The notes: generated by a model not told the origin, from the sequence alone. A stretch of 64,000 nucleotides of DNA from Octopus bimaculoides (GCF_001194135.2 NC_069004.1:20191029-20255028); one strand, 5' to 3'; counted from the first letter of the stretch, positions 46,901 to 61,009 are shown. Made by a program: numbers and translations.

Positions 46901-49127
46901 CGATTGCATATACCTACACATACAAATTGGAGATAATTTTTCCTTGATATATATATATATATATATATACATACACACACACACACATATAAAATTCAGA
47001 ACTGAAAGATGAAATCAAGATCCCAAGTAAGGAAACTAATTGTTACTTTACAAAATAAGAAAGTGTAACAGTAAACTAAACTGGAGAATCTATATTGAAA
47101 AAGTAAACTGTTTTATTTTTATGCAATATATGAATTTACAAATCTTTATCAACCATTTTTCCATACTGGCATCAGTTACTTTCAATACACTAGATCTTCT
47201 GTGGGGATCAGTATCTTGTGACCAGCCCTTACCACTTCCATCTGCAGTTTATTTTCTATAGGTACCTTCTAGTTGTATCATGTGACAAGTTTTCACTTGT
47301 TTTTAAATAGCCAAGAAATAACAATAAACACAACATATACAACATGCTCACATCATTCACATTCTTGTACACTATAACAGACTAGTGACCATGTAGAGCT
47401 TCCTCATTTCATTTCTTTCCGCCCTTTGCATTATCCCTGCTCAGCTCCAATGTCTCACTGCCTTACAATATTGAGCTTTATGCACATGCAACCTAAATTT
47501 CATTTATACAAACAAGCCTTTTGTTACCAATACTCCCAGAATTTTTTCCATACCAAGGGATTACAAGAGGTAGAAATCACTAGAATTTTGAAGTAAATAA
47601 CCAAATTTATAAAAGCCTTTTGCTGTTTCCATCCACCTATCATATCAAGGGTTTCAGTAATGTTTATGGCCAAAATCAAACTTCATGCAAGACTGTCAAT
47701 TCAGTATGAGGGTATACCAATTTGAAAATATGGCTAGAATTGAGTTAATTGTTAGAGCCAAGCTCATCTAATAAAAACTAACATTAAATGAAATTGACTT
47801 GTATAGGCTCAAGGCTAGAAATTTGTACGGAGGAACTGTTGATTATGTTAACTTCAATACATAACTGGTGCTTTATTGAAAGAATGAATGACAAAGTTGA
47901 CCAAGCCACAACATGAACTTGCTAAAATAACAATACATGTCAATAAACTGTTTTATGGTATCCAACTATTTTACATTACATTCTTTATGGAGGATACACC
48001 AATGGGAGAGGTATGCCGGAAGAAAGTTTAAGAACTCTACTTTCAACAAAGCAGCAGCAAACCTCAGCAATTGAAAGGGTTTGTTTCATGAGTACTCTTG
48101 CTGCTAATTATGAGCATCTATTGTTTAAAATCCTGTCAACCTGCCTCAAATTCCACTACACCATTTGCATATCTACTGGGTACACAAAATAGAGTTCTTA
48201 AGTACTCTATATCAGCATATCAAGTATGGTCACTTACCTTTGGTATTCATAACACAGGCAAGTGCTACTTCAATCGATTGACTAATAAAGATAGATATTT
48301 GCAATTGCTTGTGCTAACTCAAGATTCAGAGTGAAAAAAAAAAAAAATCTCACTGTTTCTACTATATGAATGGGAAGTGGCAACTATCTGAAAAATTTTA
48401 ATTAAAACCTGTGAGTTTCAACTAATGAATACAAGCTGTTAAATACATGAAGATGTAACAGAAAGATTAAAATATTAGTCCAGTTTATATTTGTAACATG
48501 AGCAATTATTTTCGAAGGTATTCCTCCAGCTAATCATTCTCTTGAAATGAGAAAGAACTCATCATCAGCCAGTGAAAATCATGTTGAAATCTGTACAGTG
48601 TCTAAAGAAACAAGAGTGTTCATAAAGATGAACTGATGATTGCTCACAAAAAGTTATGTAATTTCACCACTTCACAGTTAGCTACAATAAATATGTTAAT
48701 TCCAGCAAAAGTAGACCAAAGAAGACTTTCAATGAAGTACATCGTCTCAGAAAACTAAGCCTTACAAAGACAAGTCAAACACAAAATATCACACACTCCT
48801 TCCCACAATCCACTGACCAAGCCTGTGTATGATCTTGTACTGTGAGAATTTGCTCGGACACCCTATCACTACCGTCTTTATCTTCTTCCCAGCTACTACA
48901 GCTCACGTCATGTGGGGTAGGCATGAATCTCTTCTGTAGCAAGACACCTGTGTTGCCCCTCTACCATACTTTAGCTTTTCAACACCTGTATAACACCCAC
49001 CCCACCTCTCATTTAGTCATGGGGGCTTTTCCCCCTTTTCCATTCGTTTTTGAATGATGATTTAATAAGAACATGGTAATTTAACAAAGAAATAATCTAT
49101 TAACCAAATCAGTGCATAATTTGTAAA

Positions 49128-50900
49128 TCATCAACATGCAACGTCCGTTTTCCATGCTGACATGAGTTGGACAGCTTGACAGGAACAGGCAAGGCCAGGG
49201 ACTGCACTGGGTTCCACAATTTGTTCTGGCTTGGTTTCTATGGCTGGCTGCCCTTCCTAACACCGGCCACTACAGAATGTACTGGGTGTTTTTTACGTGG
49301 CACCTTGGTTTTAGGATTTCAATTCTGTTGTGGTGGACACATCTCAAGTACAGCAATGTGCCACATATCTCAGCCTCTGTCATTTTTCTCCCATATCTTC
49401 CTGGGTTTTCCCACAACTTCTTTCCACTTTAAGTAGTTGAAACTTCTTTATGCAACTGTCCCTATCCATATCACATGACCAAACTAGCAGTCTCCTCTCT
49501 TGCACACTGCATATGATTCTGTACAACTTCCTCTACTGCTAATTAGGTTATCTAGGTTGCAAAACTTATCTACAACTTCCAGAGAGCCACCAGGACATTT
49601 AAGGAAATCAGTTTCCTGTGTACCTGTGGTCAATATGGCTCCTATACATCTTCAACATACAAACACTACTTTCTATTAACCTTCCTACTATTCCACTGCA
49701 CTTCTTGCATGACCATAGCTTGCACTAGGTAGACTGAATGGAATTTCTGCCTACACCCTTCCTACATATCGAATAGGGCCATTTACTGGAAGGGTGAAGG
49801 TTCCTGTCTAATTTTTTGCTTACTAGGATCTTGGTCTTTGCTAAGTTTACTTTAAGACCCTTTGATTCCAAGTTAAGTTTCCACACCTGGAATTTCTTTT
49901 CTGATTCTGTGAGGGCAGATCATCAACATATAGTTCTCATGGGCTTCCAGTCTTAATTCCTGTTACAGCTTAGAGGATGATGAATAGGAGGAGGCTGAGG
50001 TCTGACCTTCGATGAACACCTCCTTGTATACTAAATTCATCATTGTACCCATGATCAACTCTTACCTTTCTAAAAGCAATCCTGTACATGGCATGTACTG
50101 TTTCCACAAGCCATTCATCTATCTCCAGCTTCCTTAGAGATCACTATATCAGAGAGTGAGGCACTCTGTTGAAAATTTTCTCTAGATCAACAAATGCCAA
50201 GTACAACAGCTTGTTCTTAGATAAATGCTTTTCTTGCAGTTGCCTGACTATGAATATAACATTTGTGGTGCTTCTCCCCAAGACAGAACCAAATTGCATT
50301 TCATCCTGTCAAATTCTGTTTCCTAATTAATTGGAAACCTTCTCTGCAACTTTCATCACCTGGTCCAGGAATCTGATGCCTCTATAATTACTTCTGTCTA
50401 AAGCATCTCTCTTACCCTTGTAGCAGCTATGATGCTGTTGCACCAGTCACTAAGGATTACACTTTGCTGAATAACCTGATTAACTATGCAGGTAACTGGA
50501 CTGTATTCAACTCTACTAGATATCTTAAGCATCTTGGCAGCAACTCCTAATCAACCAGAGACCTTCCCCGTCTTCATATCTATAATTGCCTTATCTATTA
50601 TGCTGCTGTCAACTAGGATAGCTAATCCTTCTGTTGAGTTCATGAGGAAGATTCTCTTTTTCCCATTCATTCTCCACATTTAAAAGCCTTTTCTAGTAGT
50701 TCTTCCACACCTCTTCTTTTTAGGATCTAAAAGCAAGCATATCTGTTTGTACACACTTCTCTCCCACATCTTGATTCTCTATAACACACTGTCTGACACT
50801 GTAAGACATTGGCAAACCGCTTCTTTTCTACTTCTACCCTAGTTAGATAAGCCTCACACCTAGCTTCTCTTTCAGCTATCTGATATGGTTCTTTGCTACC
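49128..50900 (-). mobile_element. Old RTE LINE, deleted and decayed, with tail
   Basis: Tail CATCAACATGCAACGTCCGTTTTCCATGCTG. Reverse-complement homology to the RT region (VEKKRFANV, KTGKVSG, QLQEKHL, GLKVNLAKTKI). Confidence 0.8.
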
Positions 50901-51781
50901 TCGGACAGCTGGAATAACAAAAGTCAACTTTTGCTGTATTTGAAATCTGAATAACTAGACATGGAATTATATAAACCTGCTCAGCATACACTCCCTGTTT
51001 AGATTAGCCCACTACTGACACAAATTGAAAATGATAAGAGGGTAGGCTGAAATGTTCATAGGCCAAAAATGGGGTGGTGCTAGAGCTGTGAAACTTGCAT
51101 GCATTTTCCTAACTAATAACTGCATTGTTTCTTTCCAAGTAAACTGACATTTAACTGTTCAAAGAAGACTTCAAAAGTAACTAGTAGTAGGTATCACTAT
51201 AAGGTGCCATAGAAAGTATACAAGCAGTTTGGCCATGCAAAAGCACACATTTTGCTTGATCATTTTCATATCAATATACATTTTTCCATGTATAAAATTA
51301 TATATAATTTTATGTGAACTTTCTTCTCATATAGTTTTAATAAAAATCTGTTACATGTCAGAATCCTTCAATCAACCTAGTATTTCCACCCATTCACAAA
51401 GTTTTTCTTCTTATTTTTTTGACTGCTGAATACTAGGCCTTTTTTTTTTATTTCAATGCAGTGGAGCACTGCAGCTCAATTTATTTTGAAAATCATAATC
51501 TTGAAGAGGACTGTTTTTACTTCATTTTGATTCAAAAAAAACAAAAAAACCCTCTCAAAGTGGGTAGGTTAGTTAATCATGAAATATAAAAATATAAATT
51601 TTATTGTCACTGCCACATCTGGATATGGTGAAAAAGTGCAGTCAATAAAGTGGGTGGTATAATGAAGCTATTTGTCAAACCGATGTATTCCTGCATGCCA
51701 CGAGGTCAAACAGAACAAAAACCCAGTGCTTCAAATATTGAGTTTGAACCAGAATTTCAAGAAATGGACAAACTAATTAAT

Positions 51782-51947
51782 AGGCATAGGAGTGGTTGTG
51801 TGGGAAGTAGCTTGCTTACCAACCACATGGTTCTGGGTTCAGTCCCACTGCGTGGCACCTTGGGCAAGTGTCTTGTACAATAGCCTCGGACCAACCAAAG
51901 ACTTGTGAGTGGATTTGGTAGACGGAAACTGAAAGAAGCCCATGTGC

Positions 51948-52015
<68 letters not shown>

Positions 52016-52202
52016 TTGTTTGTCCCAACAACATCGCTTGGCAACTGAAGCTGGTGTATTTACGTCCCGGTAAGTTAGCAGTTCGTCAAAAGAGACCATT
52101 ACAATAAGTACTAGGCTTACCAAGTCCTGGGGTTGATTTGCTCGACTAAAGGCAGTGCTCCAGCAAGGTCACAGTCAAATGATTGAAACAAATAAAAGAA
52201 TA
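51782..52202 (+). mobile_element. SINE (dominant family), full length with internal (TA)n(TG)n
   Basis: Same head, core and tail as 27381-27794. Confidence 0.9.
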
Positions 52203-52707
52203 TTTCTATGAAAAAAGAAAGGAAACAAAAAACCACTAAATGAAACTACATAAGTTTTCTAGAGCCCAAAATTAGCATGGAATCATATTGAGAATGTTTA
52301 TCTCCTCACATTGCTTTAAGAAAGTGGTGAGCAATGGCTGAATTTTACATATTGGATATTCTTGTAGATGCAAATAGTGTAAAAATGAAAACAAAATTTG
52401 ACTAAAAAGTTGGAAACATCCCACTAAAATATAGAATATCCAACTTATGTGAGAGTCCTGATCTGAAACTACCATTTATAGCTATTTTTAATGGTCCTTT
52501 GAAACTTTATTGAAATATCAGTTCTCAAAATCTCAGGATTTATTTAGTTCTATACCAACTAAAAATTACCAGAACCCAAACCCTTGTGGTTTGTACTTTT
52601 GGATTTAGCTAGGCTGAAAACACTGCGAAATTGCTATTGTTACATGTAACAAACTAGGCCTAGATAGATATTTTTAAAAAATTGCAAAAACAATTTTCCA
52701 GAACCTG

Positions 52708-52740
<33 letters not shown>
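52708..52740 (+). repeat. Poly(A) run, 33 nt
   Basis: Directly visible. Confidence 0.9.
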
Positions 52741-52742
<2 letters not shown>

Positions 52743-53019
52743 AAAAGAAAAAAGACAACTGCTATACCACAGACACTTTTAATTTCTGTAATGTGAAGAT
52801 GATTATCATCTCAGTTTCAAAGATATGTCATCACAAATATGGTTAATTATTCACTTAGGCCAATCAGTCAACATTTTAACCAATTCACTGATCATTCAAA
52901 TTGTCATATTTCCTCAAATATTCATCCAAATTTCACAAATGAGGTATCAAAGTGTTTCTTATTGGATGCTCTCCAAGAAAAAATTCAATAGAAATTACAA
53001 TTAAACATTTTTTTGAAAT

Positions 53020-54001
53020 TCAGTGATACCTACTAGCAGTGATTTCTCTCGAAAATGGACAAAATTTGGCATTGTGGTGTTATTAAGTACCTGCAGAAAA
53101 AGGGTTTAGCCCCCAAGGACATGCTGACATGGGCAGTTGACCCAAGGTCTGGACAACTTGTAAGTGCTACCACCAAGAAAAGTTTGACTATACATCAAAT
53201 AGCCAATGCTATTAGCATATCCCGCGAGAGAGTTGACAATTCTCTGCACAATGAACTTGACATAACAAAGGTTTTTGCTGAATGAGTGTCAGGTCTTCTG
53301 ACAACTGATCACATTATGGGAAAATCTGACATTGTTTGAGGTAAATCTGGTTTCCTCTAACATTTCAAAGCCAGGATGAGTGTTGGGTTCATGAGAGCTA
53401 GAGACAATCCATGCAGTGGAAACACCCCTCCTCAACTGCTCCAAAGAAGGCCAAGGTTATTTCATCTGCAGGGAAGGAGAAGGCCTCAGGTTTTGGAATG
53501 CAAAAAGCACTGTGTTTATTGACTATTTTTAAAAGGGTCACACCATCAATGGTAAGTACTGTGCCAACTTGCGGAGGTAATTACAAAAGGAAATCAAGAC
53601 CAAACACCCAGCAAAAACTGACGAAAGGCGTTTTGTTCTATCAAGACAATTCTCCAGCACACAAGTCCTTCGTTTCAATATCTGTATATACGACTGTGGC
53701 TTTGAACTGGTTGATCGTCGTCTCTATTCTCCTGATTTAGCCCCATCTGACTCATCTGTTCCTCAACATAAAAAGACACTTAGCTGGGAATCTGTATTGC
53801 AGTGATGATGATGCCATATCTGCAGTTGATGACTTTTGTGACCAATAGCGTGAAAGCTTTTTTACCAATGAGATCCAAGCACTGCAACACCAAATGAAGT
53901 ATGTGGATCGCAAAGGGGACCGTGTTGAAAATAAACTTCATTTAGTAACATTCCATGAGAGTATCTTGGTCAGTCTATTAACTTTTCAGCAGACCCTCAT
54001 A
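53020..54001 (+). mobile_element. Mariner transposon, internally deleted, 3' TIR present
   Basis: MDKIWHCGVIKYLQKKGLAPKDM; QWKHPSSTAPKKAKVISSAGK; GVLFYQDNSPAHKS; YSPDLAPSD. 3' TIR CAGTCTATTAACTTTTCAGCAGACCCTCATA. 5' TIR not found. Confidence 0.87.
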
Positions 54002-54510
54002 TAAGTTTTAGCTTTTTTACATCTTTAAAAATGAATTTTATGTTAAAAAAGCATTAAAGCTTTAAAAGTATTTGAATGTAAATGGATAAAAGTATATAGT
54101 TGTAAAAAGGGTGGATCTTTCTAGAATAAAAATGGCAGCTTTGATGTTTCAGCCCTATAGCTTCAAGAAGCTCTAAGTCAATTTTAATGTGGCACTGACA
54201 ATATATTTCTATCAATTTCAAAGATAACTTTTGATGCAAATACAGAAAGATCCAATAAATTTCATAGGCATCAACAAATATTTTCATTACTCGTTTTATA
54301 ACTTTTCAAAATGCCAAAAACTCAATCTTAAAGAAAAAGTAGTACATATACAAATGTTTCTCTCTCTCTGCCTGTGTGTGTGCGCGCACACACACACATA
54401 CATGTAAATATCTAAATTATAATGAAATTCTAATTTAATCAGAAACAAAATTTCTTGGAATCGGCATTTCCAAGAGAATAATTGATTGGAGAAAAAAATT
54501 GTGTACACAC

Positions 54511-54591
54511 CTTAATTGATCTGCAAAGATGGTGAGGCCATGCTAGTGTAGAGGGGCTGTCTGTCTTTTCGACAATACCTCCCAGCAAATC
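54511..54591 (-). other. Candidate 81-nt upstream (5'UTR) exon of the PRL gene
   Basis: Acceptor TTTTTACTCCCTCCTACTCAACAG|G, donor AAG|GTGTGT, GC-rich island within very AT-rich unique DNA. No transcript support available. Confidence 0.35.
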
Positions 54592-55544
54592 CTGTTGAGT
54601 AGGAGGGAGTAAAAATTTGCACTTTAAACTTTATCAGATGTTAAATTCTGAGCAATGTTAATTCTCAGTTTTTAAGTTCTTAGGTACAACAAATATCAAT
54701 ACAACCTAAAACATAGATAAAGTATTTAATAAAAAATCTTTAACAGTAATCATACACTATAATACTTTTCAAATAAGTAGATAATGAAATCAAACATTTT
54801 TTAATGCAGACACTGCCCCACACTTTTTTTTTATATATTTTGAAATTTAATATTCAAGGATAAATTTTAAATCACATATTGAACTTTAAATATTCACTCA
54901 TACAAGTAATGCTTTATTCCTTTAATTGTTTTTGTAAAGTTAAAAGTCACCAATATATATGCAGATTTTAATAGTCTCTTCTTGAATTTTCATTATTTAG
55001 AATTAAAAAAAGAATTAAACCTCTGCCACTGCACCAAAAAGTTCAGAAATTGCAAACAATGCTTTCAGTGTTGCTTTTTGCTTTTGTATTTTAAAGTAAA
55101 ATAAAGTTCAGAAAAGCATGAAACATCACTTAATGTTGAAATTTACTAATTTATCAAGCACGGATTAAAAAAGATAGAGGGGGAGAGGGTAACTATCCTT
55201 ATTAGACTCACAAGAGCAATGGTTAAATAATTTAAGGGGATGATATAGGGAATGCTATGTGCAAAGACAACTGGAATCCCCTCACAGTTGGAGAGAGAAA
55301 GCCAGCCATGTCACCATCCTTAGCTATTGCTTGCGCTTCTTTTCCATCTCTCATGGTTTCCTTGACTTCACCTGTTTCCTTACCATTCCTACTGACTTCT
55401 GCATGCAACCCTTCTTTCCACACACCAGACTTTCTCCTTCCCCCAACTTGTAACTATCCTTGCACACTCCATCACTAAAAAACATATAGTGTAACAGATG
55501 TAAAAAAATGTGTAGGAAATGAATATGAAAACAAAAAGGGGAAA

Positions 55545-58500
55545 GCAATAGGGGTGGGAAATTTCACAAGATCTGGGTTTTTCCTTCATAACTTATAGGA
55601 AATTTTGTTTTTTTTTTTAAATTAAATTTTATATAATTACCTTTCAACCGGCATAGATTATGATTATGAAGAAGTTTGTGGGAAAATATTTTCCAAGGTG
55701 TAAGGAGAAGACTTCGGAAAATTTACAAGATCCAAGTTTTTCGCCCATAACTTGCTGACAGTTTATCATGGATAGCAGGTATAAATCCAAATTTTAAATA
55801 TTCCTCTGAATATTGACAAACTTTTTTACTTGTACTACTCGTTTTATGTATTTTTGAATTGGCATAACTATAGATTTCTGTGCCCCTGACTTTGGATGAT
55901 CATAACTTTCAGAAAAATGGAAATTTTTTAATGAAATTGTCTATGAATATGTGTTATGTAGATTGTAGATTCCAAAAAAAGCTCAAACGTGGAATTATTC
56001 CATTCAATATCATGTTTATTATAGAGATTATGCAACAAATTATGCTTTACACTTCTATATTTAACTGTGCATGTATATTCCTTATTTTTGCTTCTGGTGT
56101 CGGAAAGATTTCCTCCCACCCCACCCCATTTTCTCGCAAAGTATTGTTCTTTGCATTTTTTTTTTTGCCAAAAATCCACCTTTTCGGATAGATTCTGGAA
56201 AATTGCCAGAAATCGGAATTTTTAAATTGGACGATTTGACTGGGGACTGGCGAACCAGATGGCTACACCAGGCTCCAATCTGATTTGGCAGAATTTCTAC
56301 AGCTGGATGCCCTTCCTAACACCAACTCCGAGAGTGTAGTGGGTGCTTTTACATGCCACCGGCACTAAGGCCAGTCAGGCGGTACTGGCAACGGCCACGC
56401 TCAAAATGGTGTATTTTACGTGCCACCTGCACAGGAGTCAGTCCAGTGGCACTGGCAACGATCTCGCTCGAATGTTTTTTCACGTGCCACTGGCACAAGT
56501 GCCAGTAAGGCGACGCTGGTAACGATCACGCTCAAATGGTGCTATTTACGTGCCAATGGCATGGAAACCAGACAGCTGCTCTGGCAATGATCATACTCGG
56601 ACGGTGCTCTTAGCACTCCACTGGCACAGATGCCCCAACAGGTCTTCGCAAGCTGAGTTTAGTGTCCAATGAAGGAGAGGTTGGTATGAGTGTCAGTCAT
56701 CGAATTTGGTTCGATTTCGATTTCACTTGCCTCAACAGGTTTTTGCAAGTGGAGTTTAGTGTCCAATGAAGGAAAGGTACACATAAGTGGGCTGGCTACA
56801 CCCCTGGCAGAGGCCTCGGATTATGGTCTCACTTGACTTGCCGGGTCTTCTCATGTACAGCATATTTCCAAAGGTCTTGGTCACAAGTCATTGCCTCGGT
56901 GAGGCCTAATCTTCGAAGGTCATGCTTCATCACCTCATCCTAGGTCTTCATGGGTCTACCTCTTCCACAAGTTCCTTCAACCGCTAGGGTGTGGAAATTT
57001 TTCACACAGCTATCCTCATCCATTCTCGCCACATGACCATACCAGCACAATCGTCTCTCTTGCACACCACAACTGATGCTTTTTAGGTTCAACTTTTCTC
57101 TCAAGGGATTACACACTGTCGAGTATGCACACTGACATTACACATCCATCAGAGCATACTGGTATCATTCCTTGCTAGCTTACGCATGTCCTCAGCTGTC
57201 ACGGCCCATGTTTCACTGCCATGTAGCATGGCTGTTCGTACACATGCATCATACAGTCTGCCTTTTACTCTGAGCGAGAGGCCCTTTGTCACCAGCAGAG
57301 GTAAGAGCTCTCTGAACTTTGCCCAGGCTATTCTTATTCTAGCAGCTACACTTTCAGCACCCCCCCCCTACTAATTTGGTCACCTAGATAATGGAAGCTA
57401 TCAACTGCATCTAGTTTTTCTCTCTGGAATGTGGCAGAAGTTGTTTTCTGCACATTTTCAGTGTTTATTGCTCCTGAACATACAAAAACTAACTTCCCAG
57501 TTAGCCTTCCTTTGAAATTGCTGCACCTCTTATGTGTCCAGCAGGGCCATTTACCTGAAGGGGTTTGTGTTTTGTTTACCTCCCTACTTATTAGGACTTT
57601 GGTTTTAGCTAGGTTGACTCTAAGGCCCTTCGATTCTAGTCCTTGCTTCCTCACCTGAAACTTCTCTAGTTCTGATAGTGACTCAGCAATTAGCGCAAGG
57701 TCATCAGCATAGAGGAGCCCCCAGAGGCATCCTGTCTTGAATTCCTGTGTTATTGACTGGAGGACTATGATAAATAGGAGGGGGCTGAGGACTGAACCTT
57801 GGTGGACCCCTACCTCTACCCAGAATTCTTCACTGTACTTGTCTTCAACCCTCACCTTACTGACAGCGTCTCTGTACATGGCTCACACAGCTCTCACTAA
57901 CCATTCTTCTATCCCTAGTTTCCTCATTGACCACCAGATAAGGAATCAGGGGACCCTGACAAAAGCTTTCTCCATGTCAATGAAAGCCAGATACAGAGGT
58001 TTATCTTTGGCTAGGTATTTCTCCTGCAGCTGTCTTACCAGAAATATAGCATCAGTGGTGCTTTTCCCTGGCACAAACCCAAACTGCATCTCATCTACAC
58101 TGACTCTCTCCCTAATTAGTTGGGATATGACCCTCTCCTTGACCTTCATTACTTGGTCCATCAACTTGATACCTCTGTAATTATTTGTATCTAAAGTGTC
58201 ACCTTTACCTTTGTAGCAATTGACTATGGTGCTGCTACACTAGTCATTGGGTATGACTCCTTCGTGTATCACCTGGTTAACAATACGAGTGACTAGGCTA
58301 TAGCCGACACTGCCAGATATTTTGAGCATCTCTGCAGTGATTCCTGATGGGCTGGGGACTTTCCCTGTCTTCATACTCTTAGTTGCTTTATCTACCACGG
58401 TACTGTCAACTTGGATAGCTGGTCCCTCTGTTGGGTCGATATTCGGCAGACTCTTTTTCTCCCATTCATTCTCTTTATTGAGCAAACTTTCATAGTGGCG

Positions 58501-59180
58501 TCTCCAAACCTCTCTCTTTGCGGCCTTGTTTAGAGCAAGTGTACCATCATCCATGTGGACACATTTCTCTCCTACAACACCACGATTCTCTCTCACACAC
58601 TGTCTTGCAACATGAAATTCCTCAAGTCTTTGGTCCTCACAGCACAGAACACTGACAATTTTTTTTCTTATCTGCTTCCCCTCTGGCTAAATAAACCTGT
58701 CATCTAGCTTCCCTTCTGGCAGTCTGATACAATTCCCTGCTACCACCGTTCTTCCAGTCCTTCCAGGCCTGTTTCTTTTGTCTAATAGCCCTGTCAACAA
58801 CATTGTACCACTACCACATTATTTTGGTCGTGAGGAGACTTTGCACCATCCACAGATCTGGTCAGTGGCCCTCAGTTCTCTAAATTAGCCCCTAATTGTT
58901 TTCCCCTAAAATTCCCATATCCTCGGAATCTACATAGTCCGAGGTATATTTGTAGAGAATTTCATTAAAAAATATCCATTTTCTTGAAAGTTAAGATGAA
59001 TTAGACTCCAGTGAATTTTCTGAAATTCCCCACCCTAACTCCTCCTAAAACACCAAATTTTGTATATTCGGAACCTACATGATATAACACATATTCATAG
59101 ACAATTTCTCTTTAAAAATATCTATTTTTTTGAAAGTTATGATCATCAAAAGGCAGTGTGTACATGTGCGCGCGAAAATT
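55545..59180. mobile_element. Non-autonomous DNA element with internal inverted repeats (foldback/MITE-like), split by an RTE insertion at 56227-58885
   Basis: 55891-55957 matches the reverse complement of 59084-59150, with a second inverted copy at ~58955-59000. CATAACT recurs at ~55587, 55747, 55863 and 55901. Right end lost in an N gap. Confidence 0.5.
56227..58885 (-). mobile_element. RTE LINE, 5'-truncated, RT plus 3'UTR, lacking the terminal (GAT)n tail
   Basis: MQFGFVPGKSTTDAIFLVRQLQEKYLAKDKPLYLAFIDMEKAF; GVHQGSVLSPLLF; LLYADDL. Deletions inside the PHD segment. Confidence 0.93.
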
Positions 59181-59805
59181 NNNNNNNNNNNNNNNNNNNN
59201 NNNNNNNNNNNNNNNNNNNNNNNNNNNNNNNNNNNNNNNNNNNNNNNNNNNNNNNNNNNNNNNNNNNNNNNNNNNNNNNNNNNNNNNNNNNNNNNNNNNN
59301 NNNNNNNNNNNNNNNNNNNNNNNNNNNNNNNNNNNNNNNNNNNNNNNNNNNNNNNNNNNNNNNNNNNNNNNNNNNNNNNNNNNNNNNNNNNNNNNNNNNN
59401 NNNNNNNNNNNNNNNNNNNNNNNNNNNNNNNNNNNNNNNNNNNNNNNNNNNNNNNNNNNNNNNNNNNNNNNNNNNNNNNNNNNNNNNNNNNNNNNNNNNN
59501 NNNNNNNNNNNNNNNNNNNNNNNNNNNNNNNNNNNNNNNNNNNNNNNNNNNNNNNNNNNNNNNNNNNNNNNNNNNNNNNNNNNNNNNNNNNNNNNNNNNN
59601 NNNNNNNNNNNNNNNNNNNNNNNNNNNNNNNNNNNNNNNNNNNNNNNNNNNNNNNNNNNNNNNNNNNNNNNNNNNNNNNNNNNNNNNNNNNNNNNNNNNN
59701 NNNNNNNNNNNNNNNNNNNNNNNNNNNNNNNNNNNNNNNNNNNNNNNNNNNNNNNNNNNNNNNNNNNNNNNNNNNNNNNNNNNNNNNNNNNNNNNNNNNN
59801 NNNNN

Positions 59806-60250
59806 TGGCCACGCTCAAAATGGTGTATTTTGTGTGCCACTCGCACAAGAGCCAGTCCAGGGGCACTGGCAACGATCTCGCTCGAAAGTCCTTAGACATG
59901 CCGCGGGCACAAGTGCCAGAAAGGCGATGCTGGGCACAGGTGCCATCACAATTTCGCTTTCGCTTGCCCCAATAAGTCTTTGTATCCAATGAAGGAGACG
60001 ATGTTGGCATGGGTGCCAGTCGTCGAATTTAACTCGATTTCGATTTCACTTGCCTCAACAGGTCTTCGCAAGTGGAGTTTCGTGGACTGGCTGAGGCCTC
60101 AGATTTAGATCTCACTTGGCTTGCTGGGTTTTCTCACACACAGCATTTGGCAGAGTTTCTACAGCTGGATGCCCTTCCTAAACGCCAAACACTCAGAAAG
60201 TGTAGTGGGTGCTTTTACGTGCCATCGGCATGAAGGCCAGTCAGGCGGTA
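59806..60250 (-). mobile_element. RTE LINE 3'UTR pieces, rearranged, followed by (TG)n
   Basis: Homologous to 56290-56860 with internal deletions. Confidence 0.8.
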
Positions 60251-61009
60251 TACGTGTGTGTGTGTGTGTGTGTGTGTTTGTTTGCGTTATGAGTTCCATA
60301 AATCTCTCTCTCTGTCCTCTCTTCCTTCACTGATGCTACCCCTCACTTCCACTCCATTTCAACCCATTCAATTCTTTCNNNNNNNNNNTGAGTTCCATAA
60401 ATCTCTCTCTCTGTCCTCTCTTCCTTCACTGATGCTACCCCTCACTTCCACTCCATTTCAACCCATTCAATTCTTTCATCCCTCACTGTTGCCAGAGAGA
60501 CACATCCGCACACATATGTGTCTCCAGTTTATTTCTTCATAGGGAATTAAGATGGCATTGACCGACTAGTTCTATACTACATACACACACGCACACACCA
60601 CACCACACACGCATTTGTAATTACCTTCTCACACACCACTGAATCGAAGGAGATAATATTCCCTCTTTAGTGACATCAGATCTTATGAATATGATGAAAA
60701 CGACCTGTTGTCTCTAAAGTATCCAAAATTTGATTAAAATTGTCCACAGAAGGGATGTAAAGACTCATTCTCAAATTTCCCCTTTCTATATTGGTGTACT
60801 AAACTGTGTACAAGAGGTATAAAAATTCAGCATAACTACACATGCCTCACCAAAATGTTACCATGCTACATGTTGCTATACATGCACAACATATTATTGG
60901 CTATTGTAATACTGACATCATCCTCGCAAACCTATTATGTTATCAAAAAAATATAACAACCATATATATATGTATAATAGTTACCACGTGAACTGCAATG
61001 AAAAAATAT

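Noticed and set aside
60290-60477. 89-bp direct repeat around a 10-N gap
   Set aside because: Assembly overlap artefact.
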